NCBI GenBank assembly: GCA_965140585.1 | Contig: OZ223267.1 | Span: 32,001-96,000, forward strand | Direction of reading: 5' to 3' | Source: Spirochaetia bacterium | Lineage (GTDB): Bacteria; Spirochaetota; Spirochaetia; UBA9216 | Length of the DNA stretch: 64,000 nucleotides | In this document: in pieces, positions 9,723 to 19,300 of the stretch | Layout of the letters: each line of letters begins with the position of its first letter | How positions within the stretch are numbered: position 1 is the first letter of the stretch | Translations under genes and position numbers: made by a program | Notes under the pieces: generated by a model | What the model saw: only the letters and a program-made list of their open reading frames with translations | Database searches by the model: none | Told to the model about the DNA's origin: nothing

Positions 9723-9772
9723 CTGTTACAACTGTATATGTTAAAATATACACAGTTGTAACAGTATGTCAA
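9723..9772 (-). promoter_or_regulatory. YtrA-type operator palindrome overlapping a sigma70 promoter
   Basis: Perfect 13-bp inverted repeat CTGTTACAACTGT (9723-9735)/ACAGTTGTAACAG (9752-9764) with a 16-nt spacer; TTGACA (9772-9767)-N16-TATATT. Confidence 0.8.
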
Positions 9773-9781
9773 GCAAGGAAT

Positions 9782-10282
9782 CTAATAATCAGTGATTTTT
9801 ATAAATGAAGATATGTATTTAATAAACTCATCAATTTCTTCGGGGGCCAGAAGGTAGGTTTTGTCGGCAGTTATGAAGACGGCTGCTGTATCATTCTGCA
9901 TGGTTATAAGCTTGACGTTTTCACCGCCGGCTATCCTGAATGTTCCGGCCCTGAAACCTGCCATTGCTATTCCATTCAGTTTTACCGATGGTTTCCATTC
10001 GGTATCGGTGTAGTCAGGGACATAAAGTGCCTGTTGAACCTCATCCCAGCTGAATTCTATCTTTCCATAACTTGTGGAGCTGATGCCATTTTCATCAGCA
10101 ATGATTTTAGCAGGTCTGCCGAAACTGAAAAAAACAAAACCGAATACAACAACTACAATACCAAGCGCTATCAGTTTTTTATTCCAGTCACCTTTTTTTA
10201 AAAACATGCTGGCAGTGACCGCGATAAGGGTAATAATTAATAAGATTAGAATGAAACCTGAAGAATTAACTGTAATTTCCAT
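9782..10282 (-). CDS. Membrane protein with bacterial PH domain
   Basis: Two N-terminal TMs, then 'VKLNGIAMAGFRAGTFRI' typical of bacterial PH (bPH_5-like) domains. Confidence 0.7.
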   Translation of the reverse strand: MEITVNSSGFILILLIITLIAVTASMFLKKGDWNKKLIALGIVVVVFGFVFFSFGRPAKIIADENGISSTSYGKIEFSWDEVQQALYVPDYTDTEWKPSVKLNGIAMAGFRAGTFRIAGGENVKLITMQNDTAAVFITADKTYLLAPEEIDEFIKYISSFIKITDY

Positions 10283-10331
10283 ATTGGCACCTCGTATTAA
10301 ATATACAGGCTGTGAGGAAAATTATTCAGTA

Positions 10332-10784
10332 TCAGCTGTTTTCTTCTTCACTGTTAAATAGATACATGAACTCTTCCTGTGAAACCAGTTCTTCGTTTTC
10401 TCCTGATTCCTGAAGTTCAGCAAGGCTTTCTTCAAGTGATGAAGATGCTTTTCGATAATCTGCAGAAATAGTCATGAAGTCATTTTTATATGTCATTATA
10501 TGTTCAGAGAAGGGCAGTTTACCGGTTGTCAGTTCATCTATAAGATCAGTAAAAAACCCGGTAACCCGTATCATTTCCTTAAGATTTTCAGGCTGTTTCA
10601 GCATGCTTGCTTCAGTTATTGATGTATAAAGATCTTTCAAGGCTTTATTTATAAAAAGAACCTGGTTGACTACGTACTCCAGAAATATTGAGGAATCTAT
10701 ATTTATCGAACAGCCTTTTCGCAGTGTTCGAAGCATATCATTGAGCAGGAAAAGGTTTTCTTCATAATGTATCATACTTGCCAT
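10332..10784 (-). CDS. Hypothetical helical protein, divergent from rpsF
   Basis: 150-aa ORF with SD-like GAAGG and an acidic C-terminus 'LVSQEEFMYLF'. Confidence 0.7.
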   Translation of the reverse strand: MASMIHYEENLFLLNDMLRTLRKGCSINIDSSIFLEYVVNQVLFINKALKDLYTSITEASMLKQPENLKEMIRVTGFFTDLIDELTTGKLPFSEHIMTYKNDFMTISADYRKASSSLEESLAELQESGENEELVSQEEFMYLFNSEEENS

Positions 10785-10818
10785 AATACCTTCATTTTCG
10801 GCTGAAATCTTCCCATAC

Positions 10819-10847
10819 TTGACATTGAAAAAGCACTATGATAGGCT
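10819..10847 (+). promoter_or_regulatory. sigma70 promoter of the rpsF operon
   Basis: TTGACA-N17-TAGGCT with extended -10 TG. Confidence 0.7.
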
Positions 10848-10853
10848 CAATCG

Positions 10854-10905
10854 ACCTCTTTATCCGCCTCGGTATGAGATGCGGATCATTAAGACCATAG
10901 GGAGG
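10854..10905 (+). ncRNA. S6:S18 ribosomal protein leader (autoregulatory RNA)
   Basis: CCTCTT...ATCCGC[ctcggtatgagat]GCGGAT...AAGACCATAGGGAGG: inner hairpin, CCR motif just before the SD, and a 5' pyrimidine tract able to pair with the SD; lies upstream of rpsF. Confidence 0.7.
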
Positions 10906-10909
10906 AAAA

Positions 10910-11191
10910 ATGAGAAACTACGAAGTTGTTTTTATTTTCCGAACAGATGCTGACAATTACAAAGTCGGGCTGGAAAAAGTTAAAGAAGAATTAGCAAAAG
11001 CCGGTGCAAATATCCTTAAAGAAGAGGATATGGGTGACCGGGAACTGGCCTACCAGATCAAAAAGGAAGCAAGAGGGCATTATGTCCTTCTGGACATTGA
11101 AGTTGCTCCTGACAAAATTGTTTCCATCGAAAAGGATATCAAGCTTTTTAACGAAGTTCTCAAATTCTTATTCATAAAAAAAGAACAATAA
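10910..11191 (+). CDS. rpsF: 30S ribosomal protein S6
   Basis: MRNYEVVFIF...MGDRELAYQIKK..RGHY; operon context. Confidence 0.96.
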   Translation: MRNYEVVFIFRTDADNYKVGLEKVKEELAKAGANILKEEDMGDRELAYQIKKEARGHYVLLDIEVAPDKIVSIEKDIKLFNEVLKFLFIKKEQ

Positions 11192-11216
11192 ATTTCGTAT
11201 AAGGAGCTGACTGCAT

Positions 11217-11684
11217 ATGGAAGATGTAAATTATGTAATCATGATAGGACGGCTTACCCGTGACGCGGAACTGAAATATACAAATTCCGGTCTTGCTGTA
11301 AGCAGCTTTTCTCTCGCTGTCAATCGAAGAAAGAGGTCAGGCGACAGTTGGGAAGATGAAGTATCGTTCTTTGATCTTGCACTTTTTGGAAAGCGTGCCG
11401 AATCCCTTAACCAGTACCTTACAAAGGGTCAGCAGGTTGCTGTAGAAGGTTCACTTCAGCAGGACCGGTGGGAACAGGACGGAAAATCAAGAAGCAAGGT
11501 CAGGATTATTGCAAATAATATTCAGCTCCTGGGCGGCCGCGGCGGACAAGGCGGCGGTTTTCAGAAGGGCGGAGGAGCTCCGGGTGGAAGAAACAATTCC
11601 GGAAACGGTTTTGGTGAAGAAGATAAATTCTATCCCGATAACAACAATTACTCCGCAGATTTTGAAGATGATATTCCATTCTAG
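11217..11684 (+). CDS. ssb: Single-stranded DNA-binding protein
   Basis: IGRLTRDAELKYT, Gly-rich linker, C-terminal DDIPF. Confidence 0.98.
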   Translation: MEDVNYVIMIGRLTRDAELKYTNSGLAVSSFSLAVNRRKRSGDSWEDEVSFFDLALFGKRAESLNQYLTKGQQVAVEGSLQQDRWEQDGKSRSKVRIIANNIQLLGGRGGQGGGFQKGGGAPGGRNNSGNGFGEEDKFYPDNNNYSADFEDDIPF

Positions 11685-11699
11685 ACAGGAGATTTAGAC

Positions 11700-11984
11700 A
11701 TGAGTGATGATAATAGAAAGAACGATTCTATGGATAAGGGTGATGACAAAGGCGGATACAAAGGCCGCAATAAGACCTTCTTCAAGAAGAAAGTTTGTCG
11801 TTTCTGCACCCAGAAAGTAGTGATGGATTATAAAAATCCTGAAGTACTCAGAAGATTTGTTACAGAAAGCGGTAAAATACTGCCAAGAAGAATTACAGGA
11901 ACATGTGCCAAACACCAGAGACAGCTTGCGACTGAAATCAAAAGAGCAAGAGTGTTGGCTCTTCTTCCGTTCATGAAGAGATAA
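11700..11984 (+). CDS. rpsR: 30S ribosomal protein S18 (Zn-binding form)
   Basis: [29 protein letters not shown]. Confidence 0.98.
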   Translation: MSDDNRKNDSMDKGDDKGGYKGRNKTFFKKKVCRFCTQKVVMDYKNPEVLRRFVTESGKILPRRITGTCAKHQRQLATEIKRARVLALLPFMKR

Positions 11985-11987
11985 GGG

Positions 11988-12980
11988 ATGCTTCAGGTCA
12001 GAGACATAGGCAGCTGGAAAGATATAGGTGCTGCAGTGCTGATATCAGCGATATTCAGCCAGTTTGGAATGCTTATTTTTTTCATGACTTTGCCTCTATA
12101 TGTTCTGTCGGCCAGAAGAAATTCCAGAGTCGTCATGACGGCGGCTTTATCCGTACTGGTGATTAATCTTTTAATCGATGTATGGAACATGAGAGCGGTT
12201 ACTGATACCGGTCTAAAGTGGGCGGTAATCGTCCTGGATATGATGATTCCGGTGCTTTTAACACTGGGTTTGTTCTTTGTCATAAATATTTTTCCTGGAA
12301 TGACGGGAAAAAGAAAACTGTATAAACTGTTCGCTGCTACTGTTTTTTCAATAGTTATAAGCCTGCCGGTATTCTTTTTATTAAAGAATAACGAATTGTT
12401 TATTTCTGCAATAGAAGAACAGTTTACTGCAATGGGCAGTATGTTTTTCAACAGTGAAAACAGAAATTTTGAAACAGAACTGATGCAGACGTATTTCGAT
12501 GGTGAAACCTTTTTGGAATATCTGAAAGGATTTTATCTGAGATCAATAGTATTTATTTACTTTGCGCTGCTTGCAGGGCTTACCAGAATGGGCGATGTTC
12601 TTCTGGCAAGATTCAGCAGGCGGAAGCTGCTAAATATCAGAGATTTTAAACTTCCGGAGTTTTTACTCTGGCCGTTTCTTATTTCTGTAGCATTGCTTGC
12701 TGTAGAAGTTTTTGAGCTGTTCAGCTTTTCTTATTTCTCTCCGGTTATCTGGAACGTGGGCTTTATTCTACTTCTGCTTTACGGATTGCAGGGACTTGCA
12801 ATTATGAGAAGCCTGTACGTCAGAATTCGCATTCCCCCCGGACTTCAGCTTATGACTGAATTTATTTTCATTCTGCTGCTGTTTATGCCCGGCGTGAATT
12901 ATATTGTGATAATAGGAATACCGCTGCTTGGAGTATCGGAAACCTGGATCAACTTACGAAAACCTATGAAGGAGTATTAA
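11988..12980 (+). CDS. DUF2232/YybS-like membrane protein
   Basis: Polytopic; 'FKLPEFLLWPF' and 'YGLQGLAI' motifs; sits between rpsR and rplI. Confidence 0.75.
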   Translation: MLQVRDIGSWKDIGAAVLISAIFSQFGMLIFFMTLPLYVLSARRNSRVVMTAALSVLVINLLIDVWNMRAVTDTGLKWAVIVLDMMIPVLLTLGLFFVINIFPGMTGKRKLYKLFAATVFSIVISLPVFFLLKNNELFISAIEEQFTAMGSMFFNSENRNFETELMQTYFDGETFLEYLKGFYLRSIVFIYFALLAGLTRMGDVLLARFSRRKLLNIRDFKLPEFLLWPFLISVALLAVEVFELFSFSYFSPVIWNVGFILLLLYGLQGLAIMRSLYVRIRIPPGLQLMTEFIFILLLFMPGVNYIVIIGIPLLGVSETWINLRKPMKEY

Positions 12981-12983
12981 ACC

Positions 12984-13619
12984 GTGAAGATAATACTTAA
13001 CGAAGATGTATATAACCTCGGAGAAGAGGGCGATGTATGTGTCGTTGCAGACGGTTATGCAAGAAACTACCTGATTCCTCAGGGACTTGCTGTTCTATGC
13101 AACAAACAGTCGTTATCTATGTTCGAGCATAAAAAAGAAGCTATTGAGAAAAGAAAAGAAGAGAAGAGAAAAGAAGCTCTCGGCCTTAAGGAGAAACTTG
13201 AAGGTCTTTCTCTTACCATAAAAATGCCTGCCGGTGAGACAGGTAAACTTTTCGGTTCTGTAACCAATGCAGTTATTGCTGATGCTCTTGAGAAAGAGGG
13301 TGTTACAGTCGAAAAGAAGAAAATTGATGTACCTACATCGAACATCAAGATGATTGGAAAGTACACAGTTCTTGTTAAGCTTTACAGCGGTGAGCTCGCA
13401 AAATTTGAGATCATTGTAGAGAGTATTGACGGAAAAGCTGAAGTTGCTCTTGCTAAGAAGCAGGAAGCCATGGCTGCAAAAGCTGCCAGGAAGGAAGCTT
13501 CTGCCGGAGCTGAAGAAACCGTAGAAGCAGAAGAAGTTGAAGCTTCTGAAGAAGTGGAAACCGAAGACGAGGTTGAAGCGGAAACTGAAGATGATTCTGC
13601 TGAATCAGACGAAGAGTAA
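12984..13619 (+). CDS. rplI: 50S ribosomal protein L9 with acidic C-terminal extension
   Basis: KIILNEDVYNLGEEGD..VADGYARNYLIPQGLA, GKLFGSVT; GTG start after AAGGAG. Confidence 0.97.
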   Translation: MKIILNEDVYNLGEEGDVCVVADGYARNYLIPQGLAVLCNKQSLSMFEHKKEAIEKRKEEKRKEALGLKEKLEGLSLTIKMPAGETGKLFGSVTNAVIADALEKEGVTVEKKKIDVPTSNIKMIGKYTVLVKLYSGELAKFEIIVESIDGKAEVALAKKQEAMAAKAARKEASAGAEETVEAEEVEASEEVETEDEVEAETEDDSAESDEE

Positions 13620-13627
13620 CAGGAGTT

Positions 13628-14965
13628 ATGACTCCTGAAGTCCTGAAGGATAAAGTTCCGCCTCATAACGATGATGCCGAAAAGGCTTCAATTGGGGCGA
13701 TGCTTCTTGATCAGGATGCAATAGATTCGGTCCTCAGATATCTGAGGGCTGATGATTTCTATCGAACCGCACATAAAAAAATATTTCAGGCAATTATTGA
13801 TCTCACAAACGCATCACAACCGGTTGATCTTATTACCCTTGCGGAAAAACTTCGTGAAAAAGGTGAAATAGAACAGTGCGGGGGACCTGCGTATATCAGT
13901 ACTCTGTCGGATTTTGTTCCTACAGCTGCCAACGTTGAATATTATGCAAAAATTGTACGTGACTGCAGTGTCAGAAGGCTTCTGATTAAAACTGCCTCTG
14001 AGATGATAGCATCGGCGCACGATGAAACGCTTGACGGAAGTGAGATTATCGAGGAATCTGAAAAGAAGATTTTCGAAATTGCTGACGGAAGTACCTCCAG
14101 TACTTATAAAAATGCCGGCGATGTTGTTTCCAGAACAATTGAAGCGATTGAGAAGCTTTATCATACAAAGGATGCGTATACCGGAGTTCCTTCCGGATTT
14201 TCTGATCTTGATCATATGACCAGCGGTTTTCAGAAATCAGAGTTTATAATTATCGGTGCACGTCCGTCTATCGGTAAAACAGCTCTGGCTCTTACTATGG
14301 CTTCGAATATTGCCGTTAAGCAGAAAATTAGCGTCGGCTTTTTCTCTCTTGAAATGTCAGACATGGCGCTTATGCAGCGTCTTGTTTCTTCAGAGGCAAG
14401 AATAAACTCAGGTGCCTTACGGTCGGGTATGTTCAAGATGTCCGATTTTTCGAAACTGACTGAGGCCGCATCAAGAATCTATGAAGCGCCGTTATTTATA
14501 GATGATACACCCAATATGAAGCTACTGCAGATCAGATCAACCGCAAGACGCCTCAAGGCTCAGGAAGATGTTCAGATCATCTTTATTGACTATATTGGTC
14601 TTATCGAACCTGAGAACAAGGGGAGAACACCCAGACATGAACAGGTAGGTGAAATTTCAAGGTCATTAAAAGCTCTGGCCAGAGAGCTGGAAGTTCCGGT
14701 AATTGTTCTCTCGCAGGTTGGCCGGCAATCTGAGGGTGAACCTCCAAAACTTTCAGACCTGAGGGAATCAGGCTCCATTGAGCAGGATGCCGATGTTGTA
14801 ATGTTTCTGCATAGAGACCGAGGTATTGAGGGTGAAGATCAGGATGCAGGGCGAAAAACCGAACTGATAGTTGCCAAGCAGCGAAACGGTCCTGTCGGAA
14901 AGGTTGATCTTGCCTTTATTCCGCAATACACTAGATTTGAATCATTCAGCAGAGAATATAACTGA
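13628..14965 (+). CDS. dnaB: Replicative DNA helicase
   Basis: PPHNDDAE, GARPSIGKT, FSLEM, IDYIGL, DLRESGSIEQDAD, KQRNGP; no intein. Confidence 0.98.
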   Translation: MTPEVLKDKVPPHNDDAEKASIGAMLLDQDAIDSVLRYLRADDFYRTAHKKIFQAIIDLTNASQPVDLITLAEKLREKGEIEQCGGPAYISTLSDFVPTAANVEYYAKIVRDCSVRRLLIKTASEMIASAHDETLDGSEIIEESEKKIFEIADGSTSSTYKNAGDVVSRTIEAIEKLYHTKDAYTGVPSGFSDLDHMTSGFQKSEFIIIGARPSIGKTALALTMASNIAVKQKISVGFFSLEMSDMALMQRLVSSEARINSGALRSGMFKMSDFSKLTEAASRIYEAPLFIDDTPNMKLLQIRSTARRLKAQEDVQIIFIDYIGLIEPENKGRTPRHEQVGEISRSLKALARELEVPVIVLSQVGRQSEGEPPKLSDLRESGSIEQDADVVMFLHRDRGIEGEDQDAGRKTELIVAKQRNGPVGKVDLAFIPQYTRFESFSREYN

Positions 14966-14969
14966 TAAA

Positions 14970-14997
14970 TAAAGAAGTTTTCTCCGCTGTCCGATAA
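14970..14997 (+). promoter_or_regulatory. Putative sigma28 (FliA) promoter upstream of the ComFB-family gene
   Basis: TAAA-N16-TCCGATAA between the dnaB stop and the ComFB SD. Confidence 0.5.
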
Positions 14998-15028
14998 TTA
15001 ATCCATCGAACACTTAAAGGGGATACTT

Positions 15029-15322
15029 ATGGGCTTTAAAGAAGAATATGAGCTAGAAATGCTTATAAATGAGGCAGAAAATCTTGTATTCGAGGAGCTT
15101 GAACATCAGCTGTCTGAGTCCTGGGCCGAAGATTTCTGTAAATGCCAGGATTGTGTTCAGGATATGGCTGCTCTTGCCCTAAATTCCGTAAAACCATTTT
15201 ACCGGGCGTCACTTCTTGGGCGGGTTTACGCCGAGTCATTATCAAATACTGATTTTGAAGAAGATATTATTAAAGCCGTAAAAGACGCAATTGTAAAAAT
15301 TTCCAGTAATCCTTCACATTAA
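15029..15322 (+). CDS. ComFB-family protein (cyclic di-nucleotide receptor family)
   Basis: NEAENLV, CKCQDCVQDMAALALNSVKPFY, C-terminal NPSH. Confidence 0.88.
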   Translation: MGFKEEYELEMLINEAENLVFEELEHQLSESWAEDFCKCQDCVQDMAALALNSVKPFYRASLLGRVYAESLSNTDFEEDIIKAVKDAIVKISSNPSH

Positions 15323-15382
15323 ACAGATCAAGAACAAAGAATGTGTTAAATTAATATATATACTTACCACGGAAGGAAATAT

Positions 15383-16282
15383 ATGAAGAAATCCATTACT
15401 TTATTATTAATAGTTATTTTGTCTGTAACTGCCTTGATGGCAGAAGATGTCTATGTTGATTATGTAGACGGTTATCTTGAACTTAAAGACGGCAGCAGCT
15501 GGATGGAATTATGGATAGGTGATGAGATAGGCGATAGCGATATCCTTAAACTAGGTCGGGGCTCATACGCTGAATTGTCCTACGGTTCAGACAGGATTAA
15601 GCTTTCACGGCCTGGTGTTTATGAACTAAGCTCTCTGCTTGGTGCAAGGAAAAATATGAACAGCAGCGGTGTAGGCGCCCTTTTAGCTGGAAAATTCAAA
15701 ACTCTGCTTATAGATGATTCAACCAAAACAGAAGCCGCAGTCGGTGGTGTCAGGGCGGCGGAAGCAGAGACTGTTTCTGTTGACTGGATGACAAGCGAGA
15801 CAGCAGAAATTATCAGGCAAGGAAGAAATTCTCTGCAGCTTGGCGTTGTCGATAAGGCTCTGGATCTGTTTAATGAAGCGCTTGATCTATCAGCTGACGA
15901 ATATGAAGAGTCTGAAGCCTATTATTATATTGGACTTGCACATGCAATGTCTGGAAACTATGGGGCTGCTCTTGAGAATCTTGATTTTGCAGATTTCGAT
16001 ACTGATTCTGAATATTATAGTGAACTGTATATTCTTAAAGGTCAGCTTCTCGTTGAAAGCTCAGCCTATGAAGAAGCAGTTAAATGGCTTAACAGTTTTA
16101 AGTTTTCCAATGCCAGGGCTGCTACTACAGATGATAAACAGCAGCTTTATCTGATGCTGGCAGTTGCTCAGAGCAATTCCGGGATGAAGGCGGATGCACT
16201 AAAAACCCTTGATAAGCTTATTTCACTCGATAGAAATTCAGAGGCAGCCAGGGCTGCTGTAGATTTTAAAAACAGTCTGTAA
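15383..16282 (+). CDS. Secreted protein: FecR-like N-terminal beta region plus TPR repeats
   Basis: Signal peptide; 'VDYVDGYLELKDGSSWMELWIGDEI..SDILKLG..SYAEL' FecR-like start; AAVGGVRA; TPRs (AYYYIGLAHAMSGNYGAALENL). Confidence 0.7.
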   Translation: MKKSITLLLIVILSVTALMAEDVYVDYVDGYLELKDGSSWMELWIGDEIGDSDILKLGRGSYAELSYGSDRIKLSRPGVYELSSLLGARKNMNSSGVGALLAGKFKTLLIDDSTKTEAAVGGVRAAEAETVSVDWMTSETAEIIRQGRNSLQLGVVDKALDLFNEALDLSADEYEESEAYYYIGLAHAMSGNYGAALENLDFADFDTDSEYYSELYILKGQLLVESSAYEEAVKWLNSFKFSNARAATTDDKQQLYLMLAVAQSNSGMKADALKTLDKLISLDRNSEAARAAVDFKNSL

Positions 16283-16305
16283 CGGATATACAGTTGTTAA
16301 TACAG

Positions 16306-16337
16306 AAAGCTGCTGAGTTAAATCAGCGGCTTTTTTT
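16306..16337 (+). terminator. Intrinsic terminator between the convergent TPR and LVIVD-lipoprotein genes
   Basis: AAAGCTGCTGA-gttaaa-TCAGCGGCTTT followed by TTTT; overlaps the stop codon of the opposite gene. Confidence 0.7.
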
Positions 16338-19300
16338 CTGCATCCATGATGGAATAAATATTTTTACATAGTTAATTCCGGTAATGTCTGCGATAAGAGC
16401 GAAGTCTCCATATACTTCAATATCAGCTGCATAAACTGTATCGCAGACACTTAGTATAACAGGCGTTGCCGGATTGCTTGTATCGTAAACGCTAAGTCCT
16501 TTATATCCCTCAGCAATGTATAATGTCTCGTTGCTTACAAATATATCTTCAGCATAATTTGTTTTAATAAACCCTACCTCTTCAGGTTTCTGTTCAATTT
16601 CAATGTCGAAAATATGAATGCCGGATTTATCACCAGTATACAGGGTATTTCCGGATATTGAGACGAACTTCGGAGAATTAAGTTCTTTTGCTGTATATAG
16701 ACCGATATTCTCAAAGTCAGTGACATCGTATACTAATAATCCGTCTCTTCGGTCCGCAATATATGCAGTTGTGGTTTGAGGAGTTTTTCTGATTACTGTG
16801 CAGTCTCTGGCATCAGTTGTGGAAATGTGTCCAATGAGCTCCTCGCCTGTAAAGAAATATACTCCTGCAGTCCCGCAGGATGCGATAGCGGTATTTTGTG
16901 AAGCGGATAATTTCAAAATCGGTGAAGTAGGGGAGACGCTTAACGGCATAGTATTAATTGTATTGTTAAGAGACAGATTGGATCCGTCTGTTTTTAATAC
17001 TGCCAATTCTTCAATTCCGGAACTGAAATATATACTGTTATCCAAAATAACTGCAGGCCCTCCGTAATCAGCTATCTTAATTGATTGGTGCTCCTGTACG
17101 GATGGAGAAGATATATCAAGTAGATACAGTCCACCATCTTTTGCTGAAACAAGTGCATTAGTTCTGCTGAGATGAATTGAACTTACTTTTCCTGGAAAGG
17201 AATCTTTTCCGGTTGAAAAGGATACTCCCTTCAGATAGGTCTGTATGGCTGTTAGACCGTTACTGCCGGCAACTACAAGATTGTCTCCGGCCGGTTTTAA
17301 ATCTACAGCAGGTTCTGAAGTATATGAATCAAAAATTACAGGTTTAACCGGGTTTGAAACATTAATTATTTTAAGACCTGAATTGCCGTCGGCTATATAT
17401 GCAAAGTTATCTTTTACACTTACAGCTAAAGGTGAATTGAGTTTAAATGATGATAGTCTGAAAGGATTTGTAATATCTGTGATATCGGTAATGATAAACC
17501 CCTCATCCGATGAAACTGTGTACAGTCTGGTATCTATGATCTCAAGGTCTCGGATGCCGCCTATAGGATATGTTTTGATATTTTGAAGATTTCTGCTATC
17601 GGAGCGGTCAAAAACGTTCAGAGCGTTTGTATCAGCAGAAAAAAGTTGGTTTCCGGACATGTACAGAGCGTATGAGCCTGAGTCACTCAGACTGGCTATG
17701 CGGTCTGGGAAGCGGGCGTCTGATACATCCATAATTTTTAGTCCGCTGTCGCCATCAGCAACATAGAGAGTATTACGATCGACAGCCAGATCAAGAGCGT
17801 TCCCTGTCAGTTTTGTTCCGGCCAGAAAGGGAGATACCGGATCTAATATATTAACAACAGCAATTCCATTTTCACGGCAGGCTACATATACATAATCTCC
17901 AGAGACTATGAGATTTTCTGCAGATTTTAGTTCAAGACTGCCGGTTACCGACATATTACTAACATCTGATATATCAACAATTCTTAAACCGCTGTCACCG
18001 GCTGCAACATAAGCATAGTTTCCTGAAATGCTTATGCTGTTTGGCTTGAAACTGGTAAGAGTATCGAGTGATTTTACTCTTTCCTCAGGAGCTTTAAGAA
18101 TTGTTGCAGAACTGCTTTTACTGCCTGGTTCAGGGTATCCAGAGGGGCTTATACGGTAAAAATATTCTATCCCAAAGTTTACATTTCTATCTGTATATTT
18201 CAGATCATTTATAACCTGTGAGATAAGAACATAATCACCATCGGTAGATTCAGATCGATAAACATCGAATGAGTCAGATCCCGGAATTGAATTCCATGAA
18301 AGGGATATCTGTCTGAATTCACCGGAGGCGTTCAGTTTTATGGTATTGGCCTCAATAGGTAGAATTTCAGCAATATCAGATTTCAGATTTCCATAAGGTG
18401 TGTCGGCGGTGACTTTTGCCCTGTAGAGCAGACCAGGCTGAATGCCGGATAGTACAATTTGGGCATCTGAAGATGTTAGTTTAACGGAACCTGGGTTGTC
18501 GGGATCACTGCGGTCATCTGAAAGGTAGAAAGTATATGAGGTGGCTTCATTAATTGAATCCCAACTTGCAGTTATTCTGTTGCCTGAATACTTAAGTGAA
18601 AGACCTCCTATGCCTGTATCTCCTCTTTCTATATTGATAATCTTACTAGTTGAATTTCCATTCATGGATTCAGTATCAAGTTTAAGCTGGTACTTACCAT
18701 TAAGGCTGTACGCAGGAATATATCCGGCGAAAGTCCCGTTATCATTGATCTGCAAAGTTCCGGTAATCGCCTGTTCGGAATAGTTCTCTATTGAAGTAAG
18801 TTCATAATTCAGAAATTGTATACCTTCAAGTGATGTTCCGATGTAAGGGTCCTTGACTGTTCCGGCTATGTTTATTGCGGCGCCGAATTTGGTATTATCT
18901 GAAGGTGATGATATATTGATGTCGGGAGGGATATTTCCGTCTGATAGAATAAAGATTTTTCTGCCTGTATTTCCATTAAAGTCTTCTCCGAAAATTTCAA
19001 GCGGCAGTAATCCATTGTATTTTCTAATAGGTATTTCAAATTCAAATCCGCCGTTCTCGTCGAAAAAAACAGAGCCGGTCATTCCGGTATTACCGGGAAT
19101 ATTCCAGTTTAATGCTTTTACCGATTCTATTCCGCTGATTGAGTTCTGCGGAGCGGACAGAATACCTTTGACATGTATACCGGATTTATAAAATCCACCC
19201 TGTACAGGCTGCTGAATATTGATAAGAGGACCGGACAGGCTGTTGTATATTTTCAGGAAACGTTCTGAAATCTCAGTTCCTGATTCGGCACTAAGCTTAA

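Noticed and set aside
10854-10905. Structured RNA upstream of rpsF as a novel ncRNA
   Set aside because: Fits the already described S6:S18 leader; listed as a feature.
13440-13619. Acidic low-complexity tail on L9 (also on S2)
   Set aside because: Common in spirochete ribosomal proteins; not a DNA repeat array.
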